Of a DNA stretch of 64,000 nucleotides, positions 28,836 to 38,805 are shown piece after piece; within the stretch, counting starts at the first letter, position 1, and every line of letters begins with the position of its first letter. The stretch comes from an uncultured Pseudomonadota bacterium (GTDB lineage: Bacteria; Vulcanimicrobiota; Vulcanimicrobiia; Eremiobacterales; Eremiobacteraceae): the NCBI GenBank assembly GCA_963736005.1, contig CAVTNB010000001.1, positions 1,888,001 to 1,952,000 on the forward strand. Reading direction: 5' to 3'. The position numbers were made by a program, and so were the translations under genes. Below the pieces are notes generated by a model. That model saw only the letters and a list, made by a program, of their open reading frames with translations. It was not told the DNA's origin and ran no database searches.

Positions 28836-30683
28836 TTGGACCTTCATTTCACGCAGGATCAGGCATCGGCGCACGAGCGAGAAGCAGTCGATTCGGTCCT
28901 AGGTTCGCCGAGCTCAGGCTGGCAGGGAGGTCGGCGCTCGGAGCTCGATGGCCACGTTTCGGTCGGCGGCGCTGCGGCGCGTTCGCAGCGGCACAAACTC
29001 CTGCCGGTCCTCCATGCCTTGTCCGACAGGATCGGTTGGATCAGCGCCGGCGCACTCAACTATGCGTGCCTGCGGCTTTCGGTGCCACCCGCAGACGCTT
29101 ATGGCGTCGCCAGCTTTTACGGACTTTTTTCGACGGTGCCGAGGCCACCCGCGATCGTGCACGTCTGCGACGACATCGCTTGCAAGCTTGCCGGCGCAGA
29201 CGAGCTGTGCGCCAAACTCGAGAGCGCTCTAGGTCCGCCGGGAACGCCACTGCGCAGCGGTGCCATGACCTGGTTGCGCAGTCCCTGCCTTGGTCTTTGC
29301 GATCGAGCTCCGGCTGCACTGTCGGTGATTGCGCAACCATCCGGTGAAGCAGCGAACGCGCCGGTTGCTCCCGTCAGTGCGCAAAGCATGCTCGATGGGG
29401 TCGGGGGCGGCGCCTGGACAAAGTCAAAATTCAAGCCCGCCGTCACCCTTGGCCAGCCCGAACGACGGCTTTTGCGTCGTGTTGGTAAGGTGGATCCGGA
29501 GAAGCTCTCTGACTATCGGGCGGCCGGCGGTTTTGCTGCGCTGCAACGTGCAATCGAGATCGGCCCAAGCCAGATCGTGCAAGAAGTGCTTGCATCCAAA
29601 CTCATGGGCCGGGGAGGCGCGGCATTTCCCACGGCGCGTAAGTGGGAAGCGGTCGCGCGCGAACCGGCGCAACCTCATTATCTTATCTGTAACGCCGACG
29701 AGTCGGAACCGGGCACGTTTAAGGATCGCATCCTGATGGAAGAGGATCCGTTTGCCATGGTCGAGGCCATGACGATCGCCGCATTGGCGGGCGGCTGCGA
29801 GCATGGCTACCTCTACGTTCGCGGCGAGTATCCGCTCGCAACGAAGCGCATGCAAAACGCCATCGACGCCGCACGCTCGTGCGGCATGCTGGGTCATGAT
29901 ATCCAAGCATCAGGCTTCCATTTCGACATCGAAGTACAACGCGGAGCCGGAGCATATATTTGCGGCGAGGAGACTGCGCTCTTCAATTCGATCGAAGGAT
30001 ACCGCGGTGAACCGCGCAACAAACCGCCATTTCCCGTACAAAAGGGACTTTTCGGCAAGCCGACGATCGTCAATAACGTCGAGACCCTGGCCAACATCCC
30101 TGAGATCGTCCTTGCGGGAGGCAAAGCATTTGCCGCAATCGGCACGCCAGATTCCACTGGCACGAAGCTTTTTTGCCTCTCCGGACACGTTGCGCAGCCG
30201 GGACTCTACGAGGTTCCTTTTGGCACCAGCCTGAGGCAGCTCCTCGACCTTGCGGGCGGGGTGCGTGATGGCCGCAAGCTCAAGGCTGTGCTTCTTGGCG
30301 GGGCGGCGGGCTCGTTTGTCGCTCCAAGCGAGATCGATGTGCCGTTGTCATTCGAAGGCGTGCGCGCCATCGGCGCCTCGCTCGGGTCGGGCGTGGTGAT
30401 GGTCTTGGACGAAACGGCCGACCTTGCCGGCATTCTGCTTCGCATCGCCGCGTTTTTTCGCGACGAGTCGTGCGGACAGTGCGTTCCCTGCCGCGTTGGT
30501 ACGGTACGCCAAGAAGAGCTGGTGCGGCGCCTCGAGTCTGGCAAGACGCTCGGGCCCAACGCGCAGGAACGCAAGCTTTTGGCCGACATCGGGCAAGTCA
30601 TGCGCGATGCTTCCATTTGCGGACTCGGTCAAACCGCCTCGAGTGCCATCGAATCAGCCCTGTCGAAGTTTGATGTCTTTTAG
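28836..30683 (+). CDS. NuoE-NuoF fusion (NAD(H)/FMN diaphorase subunit of FDH)
   Basis: CDDIAC...CLGLC 2Fe-2S; GRGGAAFPT, NADESEPGTFKDR, GAGAYICGEETAL, ESCGQCVPCRVG, SICGLG. Confidence 0.9.
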   Translation: MDLHFTQDQASAHEREAVDSVLGSPSSGWQGGRRSELDGHVSVGGAAARSQRHKLLPVLHALSDRIGWISAGALNYACLRLSVPPADAYGVASFYGLFSTVPRPPAIVHVCDDIACKLAGADELCAKLESALGPPGTPLRSGAMTWLRSPCLGLCDRAPAALSVIAQPSGEAANAPVAPVSAQSMLDGVGGGAWTKSKFKPAVTLGQPERRLLRRVGKVDPEKLSDYRAAGGFAALQRAIEIGPSQIVQEVLASKLMGRGGAAFPTARKWEAVAREPAQPHYLICNADESEPGTFKDRILMEEDPFAMVEAMTIAALAGGCEHGYLYVRGEYPLATKRMQNAIDAARSCGMLGHDIQASGFHFDIEVQRGAGAYICGEETALFNSIEGYRGEPRNKPPFPVQKGLFGKPTIVNNVETLANIPEIVLAGGKAFAAIGTPDSTGTKLFCLSGHVAQPGLYEVPFGTSLRQLLDLAGGVRDGRKLKAVLLGGAAGSFVAPSEIDVPLSFEGVRAIGASLGSGVVMVLDETADLAGILLRIAAFFRDESCGQCVPCRVGTVRQEELVRRLESGKTLGPNAQERKLLADIGQVMRDASICGLGQTASSAIESALSKFDVF

Positions 30684-30725
30684 ATGTGGCCGCGCGAACC
30701 ACTTCGCGCGTGCGAGAATCCGCAC

Positions 30726-31643
30726 ATGACCGACGCATCGAGCGTTGCGATCGAGATCGACGGCAAGAGCATCGCCGTGCCAGGCGGCGCTACGATTTTG
30801 CAAGCCTGCCGTACGGCCGGCATCGAGACGCCTACGCTCTGCTACCTGGAAAACTTGACCCCGGTCAACGTGTGTCGAGTGTGCGTCGTCGAGCTTGAAG
30901 GCTCGCGAGTACTCGTTCCCGCGTGTTCGCGCAAATGCGAGAACGGAATGAAGGTCAAGACGGACAGCGAGCGGGTGCGAACGAGCCGGCGCATGGTGCT
31001 CGAGTTTTTGGCTTCTACGGTTGACGTGTCGCTCGCAGACGACATGCAGGAACAAATGCGACGCTATGGTGCGAATCCGGAACGTTACGGCCAGCGCGAT
31101 CTGCCTTCGCCAGCCGGCAAGCGCGACGATGCTGTTTCCGGCCATCACCACGAGCCGTCAGGGACCGTTGCACAGACGGTGGCGCAGCCGGTCAAGGTGG
31201 ATAACGACCTCTACGTTCGCGACTACTCCAAGTGCATTCTGTGCTATAAGTGTGTCGAAGCCTGCGGCACGGATGCACAAAACACATTTGCCATCGCCGT
31301 TGCCGGGCGCGGCTTCGACGCACGGATCTCCACCGAGTATGCGGTGCCCTTGCCGGATTCGGCTTGCGTGTATTGCGGCAACTGCATCGGCGTGTGCCCG
31401 ACCGGCGCGCTGATGTTCAAAACAGAATACGATCGGCGAGCGGCCGATACGTGGGATGTTTCGCGTCAGACCGAAGGAGAGACGATCTGCCCGTACTGCG
31501 GCGTGGGGTGCAACCTAACGGTCCGCGTCCAAGAGGGAGAGATCGTTCGTGTGACCTCTCCTTTGGAGAGCAGCGTGACCCACGGTCACCTGTGCATCAA
31601 AGGGCGTTTTGGGTGGGAGTTCACGACGAAGCGCAAGACATAA
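30726..31643 (+). CDS. Fe-S subunit: NuoG-like 2Fe-2S + 2x4Fe-4S plus C-terminal molybdopterin-enzyme 4Fe-4S domain
   Basis: PTLC, CRVCVVE, CILCYKCVEAC, CVYCGNCIGVCP, then TICPYCGVGC...HLCIKGRFG. Confidence 0.88.
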   Translation: MTDASSVAIEIDGKSIAVPGGATILQACRTAGIETPTLCYLENLTPVNVCRVCVVELEGSRVLVPACSRKCENGMKVKTDSERVRTSRRMVLEFLASTVDVSLADDMQEQMRRYGANPERYGQRDLPSPAGKRDDAVSGHHHEPSGTVAQTVAQPVKVDNDLYVRDYSKCILCYKCVEACGTDAQNTFAIAVAGRGFDARISTEYAVPLPDSACVYCGNCIGVCPTGALMFKTEYDRRAADTWDVSRQTEGETICPYCGVGCNLTVRVQEGEIVRVTSPLESSVTHGHLCIKGRFGWEFTTKRKT

Positions 31644-31704
31644 TCGCGAATAAATTCGCGATACTACATTAAGAAAGATGTAGTCGCACGAATTTATTCG
31701 TGCG
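31643..31704. repeat. Inverted pair of class B REPs
   Basis: atcgcgaataaattcgcgatactac ... gtagtcgcacgaatttattcgtgcg. Confidence 0.85.
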
Positions 31705-31715
31705 TTCGTCGCGAT

Positions 31716-31958
31716 CTACTTGTTGAAATAGTCCGCGTTAATTTGCGTGTACTCTTTCCACTCTCCCGGCACTTCGGTCTCGTTGTAGATCGCGTTCACC
31801 GGACACGCCGCCACGCAAGCGCCACAATCGATGCAGACGCTGGGATCGATGTAGAGCTGGGGGTCTTCGTCATTGCCTTTGATGCAGTCAACCGGGCACA
31901 CATCGATGCACGATTTATCCTTCACGGTGATGCACGGCTGGCAGATAACGTAGGTCAA
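31716..31958 (-). CDS. Ferredoxin (FdxA-like dicluster)
   Basis: TYVICQPC...CIDVCPVDCI, CIDCGACVAACPVNAI. Confidence 0.92.
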   Translation of the reverse strand: MTYVICQPCITVKDKSCIDVCPVDCIKGNDEDPQLYIDPSVCIDCGACVAACPVNAIYNETEVPGEWKEYTQINADYFNK

Positions 31959-31996
31959 GAAGAGCCTCCTGGGTTATCGTGGATGCGAAGAGGGGT

Positions 31997-32746
31997 TCAG
32001 TCTTTGTTTTCTGGTCGTTCCGGTGATGAACCTACCGCGCGTTCGCCGCTCGGAGCGACTTTTTGGGGGTCAGGAGCAGCAATGCGCCGCGAGAGAACCG
32101 CTCCACCTGCGATATCTTGCACGAAGTGTCCGATCATGCACGGATAGAGAGAGCCGGTCAGCAAAAAGACAGCAGCATACAAGAGACCGCTCACCGTTGC
32201 GCCGACGACGCCGGCCTTGCCTTGGTACGCATGCGCGAAGCCAAAGGCAAGCGTTGAAGTGAGAACTCCTATGACGACACTCCCCGTCAGGCTGGCGATC
32301 AACACGAGCGCGTACCCGCGATACAAGAACTCCTCGCAAAGGCTCGCGCTGGCCGCCACCACCACAAAGCATGCCCACTGAATCCGATCTGTCGGCACAA
32401 CCGCGCGAAGCGCGACCACGTAGTCGGGACGAAGCGAGCGCGGCGCACCCGCGAGCGTGGCCAACAATGGTGCCAGCAGCGAAACAAGACCGAGAGCGAG
32501 CTGCGCTGGCTCGTGCGGTGGACGAACGCCGACAGAAGCCGCATCGAGGCCGTGCAAGCGAAGGGCGTACAATGCGAGAGCGGTAACTGACCAGAGGACC
32601 ACGACCGTACGGCCATATCGGAACAGTTTTGCTTGCTGCGTGAGCGGCACCGAGCGAATCCGTCGTCCGGTCAGCGCCGAATTGATCGGCAAGGCCGCAA
32701 TGAGTATCAGCAACGTGAGGAAGGTGAAGATGACCCGGTGCGGCAT
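31997..32746 (-). CDS. CPBP/CAAX-family intramembrane metalloprotease
   Basis: CEEFLYRGY, FGFAHAYQG, GHFVQD. Confidence 0.88.
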   Translation of the reverse strand: MPHRVIFTFLTLLILIAALPINSALTGRRIRSVPLTQQAKLFRYGRTVVVLWSVTALALYALRLHGLDAASVGVRPPHEPAQLALGLVSLLAPLLATLAGAPRSLRPDYVVALRAVVPTDRIQWACFVVVAASASLCEEFLYRGYALVLIASLTGSVVIGVLTSTLAFGFAHAYQGKAGVVGATVSGLLYAAVFLLTGSLYPCMIGHFVQDIAGGAVLSRRIAAPDPQKVAPSGERAVGSSPERPENKD

Positions 32747-32803
32747 CACCCCGCCGGTTTTGGCCACGAGCCCGCAAGCCCTGGTGGGAATGAAGGCGCG
32801 GTT

Positions 32804-33994
32804 ATGAATCGCAAGGTGTTGGGGATCTTGTCGCTGGGCCACCTCACCGTTGACATCGGCGCAGGTGGACTGCCCGCAATATTGCCGTTCCTGAAAGCGG
32901 AATTCGATTTCTCTTACTTTTGGCTCGCGGCACTCGTGATGATCTCGGGCATCACGTCTTCCATCATGCAGCCCATCTTTGGCATCGCAAGCGATAACCT
33001 TCGGACGCGCTTTTTGTTGCCGCTCGGCGTTTTTCTGGCCCTTGGGGGCTTCGCGGGTATCGGGGCCGCTCCGAGCTATGCTACCGTGATCGCGTTCGTG
33101 TGCGTCGCGGGCATCGGTTCTGCAATGTATCATCCCGAGGCGGCCAAATCCGCGCGGACCGTATCGGGTCGCCTGCCGGCCACGGCGAATTCAGTTTTTG
33201 CCGTAGGAGGCAATATCGGCGTGGCCCTTGGTCCTCTGCTGGTGATCGCGCTCATCGCATGGCGTGGCTTGCACGGAACGGCGCTCTTAGCTGTGCCGGC
33301 CACCATTGTGGCGCTCATCGTCGCGGCTATCGTACCCACGGTCAGCCGGGCGCATGACGCTCACGAGGCGCGTCTCGGCGTGTTGCCGCGCGGCCCTTGG
33401 CCCAAACCTATCAATCTGCTCGTCGCGGTAACCGCCTTGCGCTCAGCCGTCTACGGTGGCGTGCTGACCTTCGTGCCTCTATATGCCGTGAATGTGTTAC
33501 ACCAACCGGCCACCCACAATGGCTACTTGCTGTTTATCTTTTTGGCGACAGGAGCCGTCGCGAACTTGCTTGCTGGACCAATGACTGACCGTTACGGCAC
33601 GAAGCAGATGATCAGCATCAGCTTGGGCCTCGCGCCATTGGCGCTGGCCGCGTACCTGTGGTCGTCCGGCATCATTGCGTTCATCGCCCTTGGGCTGACC
33701 GGCGCTCTGATCATCGGCACGTTATCGACGACCGTTGTCATGGGCATGGAGTACATGCCCAATCGTGTTGGGCTCGCCTCGGCGCTCCTCATCGGCCTCT
33801 CGACCGGCCTTGGCGGTCTTGGCGTTGGCGCCTTGGGGAAAGTTGCCGACACTTTTGGCCTAACGCTGACGCTTTGGCTGCTCGTCGGCGTCGCCATCGT
33901 GGCCTACGCGCTGACCTTCACCTTGCCCGTCCACGCACCCGCGCCTCGTGCTTTCGTGGAAGAAACGCTGCCCGCAGACCTGCGGGCACGCTAA
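32804..33994 (+). CDS. MFS transporter (Fsr-like)
   Basis: GHLTVD, QPIFG, GSAMYHPEA, GGNIG; about 12 TM segments. Confidence 0.85.
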   Translation: MNRKVLGILSLGHLTVDIGAGGLPAILPFLKAEFDFSYFWLAALVMISGITSSIMQPIFGIASDNLRTRFLLPLGVFLALGGFAGIGAAPSYATVIAFVCVAGIGSAMYHPEAAKSARTVSGRLPATANSVFAVGGNIGVALGPLLVIALIAWRGLHGTALLAVPATIVALIVAAIVPTVSRAHDAHEARLGVLPRGPWPKPINLLVAVTALRSAVYGGVLTFVPLYAVNVLHQPATHNGYLLFIFLATGAVANLLAGPMTDRYGTKQMISISLGLAPLALAAYLWSSGIIAFIALGLTGALIIGTLSTTVVMGMEYMPNRVGLASALLIGLSTGLGGLGVGALGKVADTFGLTLTLWLLVGVAIVAYALTFTLPVHAPAPRAFVEETLPADLRAR

Positions 33995-34003
33995 GGCTTG
34001 CAC

Positions 34004-36718
34004 ATGACCCAGCAAGACAAAGTCATGCTCATCGACGTTTATTCGCTCGTGTATCGCGCATTTTTTGCGCTGCCGCCGCTTTCCACTTCCAGCGGCCGGC
34101 CGGTGAACGCGGCCTACGGCTTCCAACGAATGCTGCGGCGCATCCTCCGAGAAGAGAAGCCCTCGCACGTCGTCGCGTGCTTCGACGCAGGAATCCCGGC
34201 GGAGCGGCTCGCCGCAGTGCCCGAGTACAAAGCGCAACGCCCGGAGACGCCATCGGAGCTTCGTCCCCAATTTGATATCGTTCGCAGGATTTGCGAGGGA
34301 TATTCGATCCCCATCGTCGAGATCGAAGGCGAGGAAGCTGATGACTGCATTGCGACGATTGTGACCCTTGCCATGGAACGCCAATTGGAGACGATGGTTG
34401 TCTCAGGGGACTTGGACCTGTTACAGCTCGTCAGCCGCCATTGTACGGTCGTGGTCACAAAGCGCGGCATTAGCGATCTTGCGCGCTATGATGAAGCTGC
34501 CGTGCGCGAGCGATACGGCCTTGCGCCTGAGCAATTGCCCGATTTTCGTGGCCTCAAAGGAGACCCGTCCGACAATCTTCCGGGCGTCCCCGGGATCGGC
34601 GAGAAAACCGCGACCAAACTGATTGCACAATTTGGATCGCTCGATACCTTGCTGGCCAACGTTGACTCGGTGACTCCGAAACGCATTGGGGATCTGCTGC
34701 GCGTGCATGCCGATAAGGCGCGCGCGTGCCGAGCCGTCTCGACGGCAAAGCGCGATTTACCGATCGCTGCGGACTGGGAAGCTTGGCGCTATCGAGAGCC
34801 AAGCCCCGAGCACTTAGCCCAGCTCTTTTCTGAGTTGGAGTTTCGATCGCTCTTGTCACAGGTTGCAACGCCCGCCTTCGCAGCCATGGCCGGCTCTTCA
34901 GATGCTCTCGAGCCAAGCGAAGCGCCGGCCTTCGAGCTCGGGTCCTATCGCGTGCTGGATCACGCTGATGCGATCGGCGATGCGCTCGCTACCGCGCTCA
35001 AATCCGAACGCGTCGCGATGGCCGTCGTGCCTGCGCTTGCGAGCTGGAGGACGCAGGTGCCAGTCGCGCTCGCGCTTTCGTGGCGGCCAAACGAGGCGGT
35101 CGTCATGCCCGCGCAATTCTTGGTCGAACATCCAAAACTTCGGACGTTGTTCGAGCAATTGGTGAGACTCCCAAAGCCGGCCAAGGTTGTGTACGATGCA
35201 AAAAATCTTAGCGGATGGCTTGCCCGCTTTGATGTGGAGATCGGCGGGCTCGCCCTGGACGCTATGTTGGCCGCTGGGATCATGGATCCAGCGCGCGGCG
35301 AGCCCACGCTCGAGCAATCATTGGTTGGGACTCCGGGGGAAGGAGCGCCGCAACCAGATGTCAAGGCAAGCTCCGCAACGCTCTTTGCGGCAGGCGCTCC
35401 TGTGCTTCCCGAGTGGGCCGCTTCCGCCGACGCCTTGTTCCGTGCCTCTGGGGCTCGGCTCGATGCCGTGCGTCAGATAGGTTTGGAGAAAGTCTTGCTC
35501 GACATCGAGCAACCGCTCGCGCCCGTGCTAGCAAAGATGGAAGCAGTAGGTTTTCGATTGGATCGCGAGGAGCTCGATCGCATCCGTGTCTCTCTCGAGC
35601 GCCAAATCGACCACACCACGCGCGATATCTATCGTCTGGCCGGTGAAGAGTTCAACATCAACTCTCCGAAGGTCCTCGGTACGATTCTGTTCGAGCGACT
35701 CGGCTTGCCCGTTGGAACGAAGAAGAAAAGCGGCTATGGAACGGGCGCTGAGGTGCTTGCGCCCTTAGCTGCCGAGTATGAGATCGCGGCCAAGCTGCTG
35801 CAGTACCGGGAAGTAACAAAACTCAAGTCGACCTACGTCGACGCATTGCCGTCGCTCGTTGACCCAGCGACCGGTCTCCTGCACACAACGTTCCATCAAT
35901 TGGGGGCGGCGACTGGGCGACTCTCAAGCTCGAACCCTAACTTACAAAACATTCCCGTTCGATCGACGGTCGGTCGTGAGATCCGTCGCGCCTTCTTGCC
36001 GGCGACCCACGGCAACGTGCTCTTGGCGGCGGACTACTCGCAGATCGAGTTGCGCATTCTCGCGCACCTGTCGCAAGATGAAAACTTCATCGAAGCATTT
36101 CAACGCGGTGATGACATCCACGCCTTTACGGCGCGAGCTGTGTTCGGCATTGCGCCGAGCGAGCCCATTTCTGCCGAACTGCGACGACGCGCCAAAGCGG
36201 TGAATTTTGGCATCTTGTACGGCATCAGCGATTTTGGCCTGGCGCAAAGCGCCGGCATGAGTCGAGCTCAAGCCAAGCAATTCATCGCCGAATATTTGGC
36301 GCGCTTTCCCAAAATTAAAGGCTACATTGACGACACGCTGCGGCACGTACGCGAGACCGGCTTTGTCACGACACTCTTTGGCCGCCGGCGCTACTTGCCA
36401 GATGTGCGCTCGCGAGTGTATCCGCTCCGGGCGGCTGCCGAGCGCATGGCCATCAATGCTCCGGCCCAGGGCAGCGCTGCCGACCTCATCAAGCTTGCCA
36501 TGGTCGATGTCGACCGCGAATTGACCAAGCACAAGGCAGATGCCCGGCTCGTGCTGCAGGTTCACGACGAGTTGATTTTCGACGTGGCTCCTTCGCAGGT
36601 GCCGTCCGTGCGGGAAATAGTCCGCGACGCTATGGAACACGCCATGCAGCTTGCGGTGCCGATCGTCGTCGATTTCAAAGTCGGACCAAACTGGGAGCAA
36701 GTGGAAATAGTCGAGTAG
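34004..36718 (+). CDS. polA: DNA polymerase I
   Basis: YRAFFA, EADD, GDPSDNLPGVPGIGEKTA, TGRLSSSNPNLQNIP, DYSQIELR, KAVNFGILYG, LQVHDEL. Confidence 0.97.
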   Translation: MTQQDKVMLIDVYSLVYRAFFALPPLSTSSGRPVNAAYGFQRMLRRILREEKPSHVVACFDAGIPAERLAAVPEYKAQRPETPSELRPQFDIVRRICEGYSIPIVEIEGEEADDCIATIVTLAMERQLETMVVSGDLDLLQLVSRHCTVVVTKRGISDLARYDEAAVRERYGLAPEQLPDFRGLKGDPSDNLPGVPGIGEKTATKLIAQFGSLDTLLANVDSVTPKRIGDLLRVHADKARACRAVSTAKRDLPIAADWEAWRYREPSPEHLAQLFSELEFRSLLSQVATPAFAAMAGSSDALEPSEAPAFELGSYRVLDHADAIGDALATALKSERVAMAVVPALASWRTQVPVALALSWRPNEAVVMPAQFLVEHPKLRTLFEQLVRLPKPAKVVYDAKNLSGWLARFDVEIGGLALDAMLAAGIMDPARGEPTLEQSLVGTPGEGAPQPDVKASSATLFAAGAPVLPEWAASADALFRASGARLDAVRQIGLEKVLLDIEQPLAPVLAKMEAVGFRLDREELDRIRVSLERQIDHTTRDIYRLAGEEFNINSPKVLGTILFERLGLPVGTKKKSGYGTGAEVLAPLAAEYEIAAKLLQYREVTKLKSTYVDALPSLVDPATGLLHTTFHQLGAATGRLSSSNPNLQNIPVRSTVGREIRRAFLPATHGNVLLAADYSQIELRILAHLSQDENFIEAFQRGDDIHAFTARAVFGIAPSEPISAELRRRAKAVNFGILYGISDFGLAQSAGMSRAQAKQFIAEYLARFPKIKGYIDDTLRHVRETGFVTTLFGRRRYLPDVRSRVYPLRAAAERMAINAPAQGSAADLIKLAMVDVDRELTKHKADARLVLQVHDELIFDVAPSQVPSVREIVRDAMEHAMQLAVPIVVDFKVGPNWEQVEIVE

Positions 36719-36720
36719 CA

Positions 36721-37527
36721 ATGCCCGAACTTCCCGAAGTTGAAACGATCGCTCGCGATCTTGCGCCACAGATCACCGGCCGCACGATCGTGCGAACGCG
36801 TCACGCCCGCACACCGCCCGTGTTCGACAAACACAGCTTGCCTGCGGCGCTGCTCGTGGGCCGGAGCATCGAGCATGTTGGGCGGGCTGGCAAATTTCTG
36901 GTCATCACGCTCGATGACGATCTTCGTCTTGCCGTGCATCTACGGATGACTGGCAACCTGCTTTTTTCCAAGGACGGTCAACCGGTCGATCGCACGCGCG
37001 CGGTCATCGAGTTCGATAATGCAACGCGCTTGGTTTTTGCGGATGTCCGCAAGTTTGGCCGGATGCGCGTCTTCCGCGGGGAGGCACGCAGCGCGCTCGG
37101 TATCGGCGTGGATCCTCTGGCGTCCGAACTCGACGACGCCATGCTTCGCGACCTCACGAGGGGCCGCACGACGCCAGTGAAAGTTTGGCTCCTCGATCAA
37201 AAGCGTCTCGCTGGGGTGGGTAACATTTATGCGTGTGAATCGCTGTACGGTGCTGGGATTCGTCCCAAAAAGCCCGTTGGAAAACTCTCAAAGGTACAGC
37301 GCCACCGGTTGTTGGCCAGCCTACGCCGAGTATTGCGCAAAGCCATACAGCATCGAGGTTCCAGTGTTGACGACTACGTGGACGCGGGAGGAAAGGAAGG
37401 CGAGTTTCAGAAGCACTTGAAAGTTTATGGTCGAGCCGGCTTACCATGCCGGCGCTGCGGCGCGCCAATCCGGCGCATCGTGCTGGGGCAACGGGGCACC
37501 TTTTATTGCCCGGTCTGCCAGCGTTAG
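36721..37527 (+). CDS. mutM: Formamidopyrimidine-DNA glycosylase
   Basis: PELPEVET, HLRMTG, GVGNIYACE, C-terminal zinc finger. Confidence 0.97.
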   Translation: MPELPEVETIARDLAPQITGRTIVRTRHARTPPVFDKHSLPAALLVGRSIEHVGRAGKFLVITLDDDLRLAVHLRMTGNLLFSKDGQPVDRTRAVIEFDNATRLVFADVRKFGRMRVFRGEARSALGIGVDPLASELDDAMLRDLTRGRTTPVKVWLLDQKRLAGVGNIYACESLYGAGIRPKKPVGKLSKVQRHRLLASLRRVLRKAIQHRGSSVDDYVDAGGKEGEFQKHLKVYGRAGLPCRRCGAPIRRIVLGQRGTFYCPVCQR

Positions 37528-37587
37528 CACAAACACCCGCATCAAACGCTCCATATTCAAATCGCAAGTAAAGGTGATCCTCTTTTC

Positions 37588-38727
37588 ATGTCCGATACTC
37601 ACGTCCTCGAACCGCAGGGAGCCGTCGACGATCAATTTGGCCTCATCCAAAAGCTCTATGAGGAAAGTCTTAAAACTCTCGACGAAGGCCAAGTGCTTAC
37701 CGGTAAGATCGTTGCCAAGGCGAACGACGAACTGCTCGTCGACATCGGCGGAAAGTCCGAGGGCGTTGTCACGGCGCGCGAACTTTCACCCGGCATTTAT
37801 ATCTCCGATCTGAAGGTCGGCGATACCCTTGAAGTGCTCGTCTATCGCATTGACAGCGATGGCGACGGCACGATGTATCTCTCCGAAAAACGCGCGCGCG
37901 CCCTCAAGACCTGGGAAAAGGTGCTCGAGGCGCACGATCGCAACGAAGCGATCAACGCAACCGTGACCCAGGTGGTCAAGGGCGGAGTGCTCGTTGACCT
38001 GGGCATGCGGGGTTTCGTGCCCGCGTCGCAGATCCGCCGCCAACCAGTGGGTAACCTCGAGGAAATGGTTGGCAAACAGTTGCGTCTCAAGGTGATCGAT
38101 CTCGATCATAAGCGGCGCAGAGTGGTTCTTTCGCAACGCGTGGTGCTCGACGAAGAGCTCAATCAAAAGAAACAAGAATTGCTGTCAACGCTGCAGCCCG
38201 GTCAAATCCGCGAAGGTACGGTCGTGCGTCTCGCAGATTTTGGGGCGTTTGTGGATTTGGGCGGCATTGACGGTCTCATTCACAACACCGAGCTCTCGTT
38301 CGGGCGCATCAAGCATCCGAGCGAAGTCGTCAAGGTTGGGGACACCGTCCAAGTTGAGATCATGAAGTTTGACTCCGAAGCCAAAAAGGTGAGCCTTTCG
38401 CTCAAACACTCCCTTGACGATCCATGGAAGGCTGTTCCCGAAGCCCTGCACGAAGGCGACGTCGTACCGGCTTCGCTCAGCAAGGCGACGGCGAACTACT
38501 TGCTCGTCGAACTGCTGCCTGGGGTGACCGGCATGGTGCCAAAATCGGAATTCGATCCAGCATCGCCGCCGGAGCCAGGGGCCGCCTTGCAGGTCAAGAT
38601 ACTCTCTGTGAACGCCGGCTCTCGGCGCATTACGGCGAGCATCAACGCCCTCAACCCCCAAGCACCTGACGCGCAACCCGAGGGCGAGGTCAACGAGACC
38701 GAGCCTGTAGCTGCAGACCTCACGTAG
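37588..38727 (+). CDS. rpsA: 30S ribosomal protein S1 (4 S1 domains)
   Basis: VDIGGKSEG, VKGGVLVDLGMRGFVPAS, FGAFVDLGGIDGLIH. Confidence 0.9.
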   Translation: MSDTHVLEPQGAVDDQFGLIQKLYEESLKTLDEGQVLTGKIVAKANDELLVDIGGKSEGVVTARELSPGIYISDLKVGDTLEVLVYRIDSDGDGTMYLSEKRARALKTWEKVLEAHDRNEAINATVTQVVKGGVLVDLGMRGFVPASQIRRQPVGNLEEMVGKQLRLKVIDLDHKRRRVVLSQRVVLDEELNQKKQELLSTLQPGQIREGTVVRLADFGAFVDLGGIDGLIHNTELSFGRIKHPSEVVKVGDTVQVEIMKFDSEAKKVSLSLKHSLDDPWKAVPEALHEGDVVPASLSKATANYLLVELLPGVTGMVPKSEFDPASPPEPGAALQVKILSVNAGSRRITASINALNPQAPDAQPEGEVNETEPVAADLT

Positions 38728-38791
38728 CGGGAGATTGGAAGCTCTCCTCACGCGCGAATTTCCACACGCGCGAATACATTCGCGCGACTAC
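38724..38791. repeat. Composite REP locus (degenerate class A + partly duplicated class B); its TAG is the rpsA stop
   Basis: gtagcgggagattggaagctctcc ... cgcgcgaattt ... cgcgcgaatacattcgcgcgactac. Confidence 0.75.
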
Positions 38792-38805
38792 ACTATAGGT
38801 CGATT

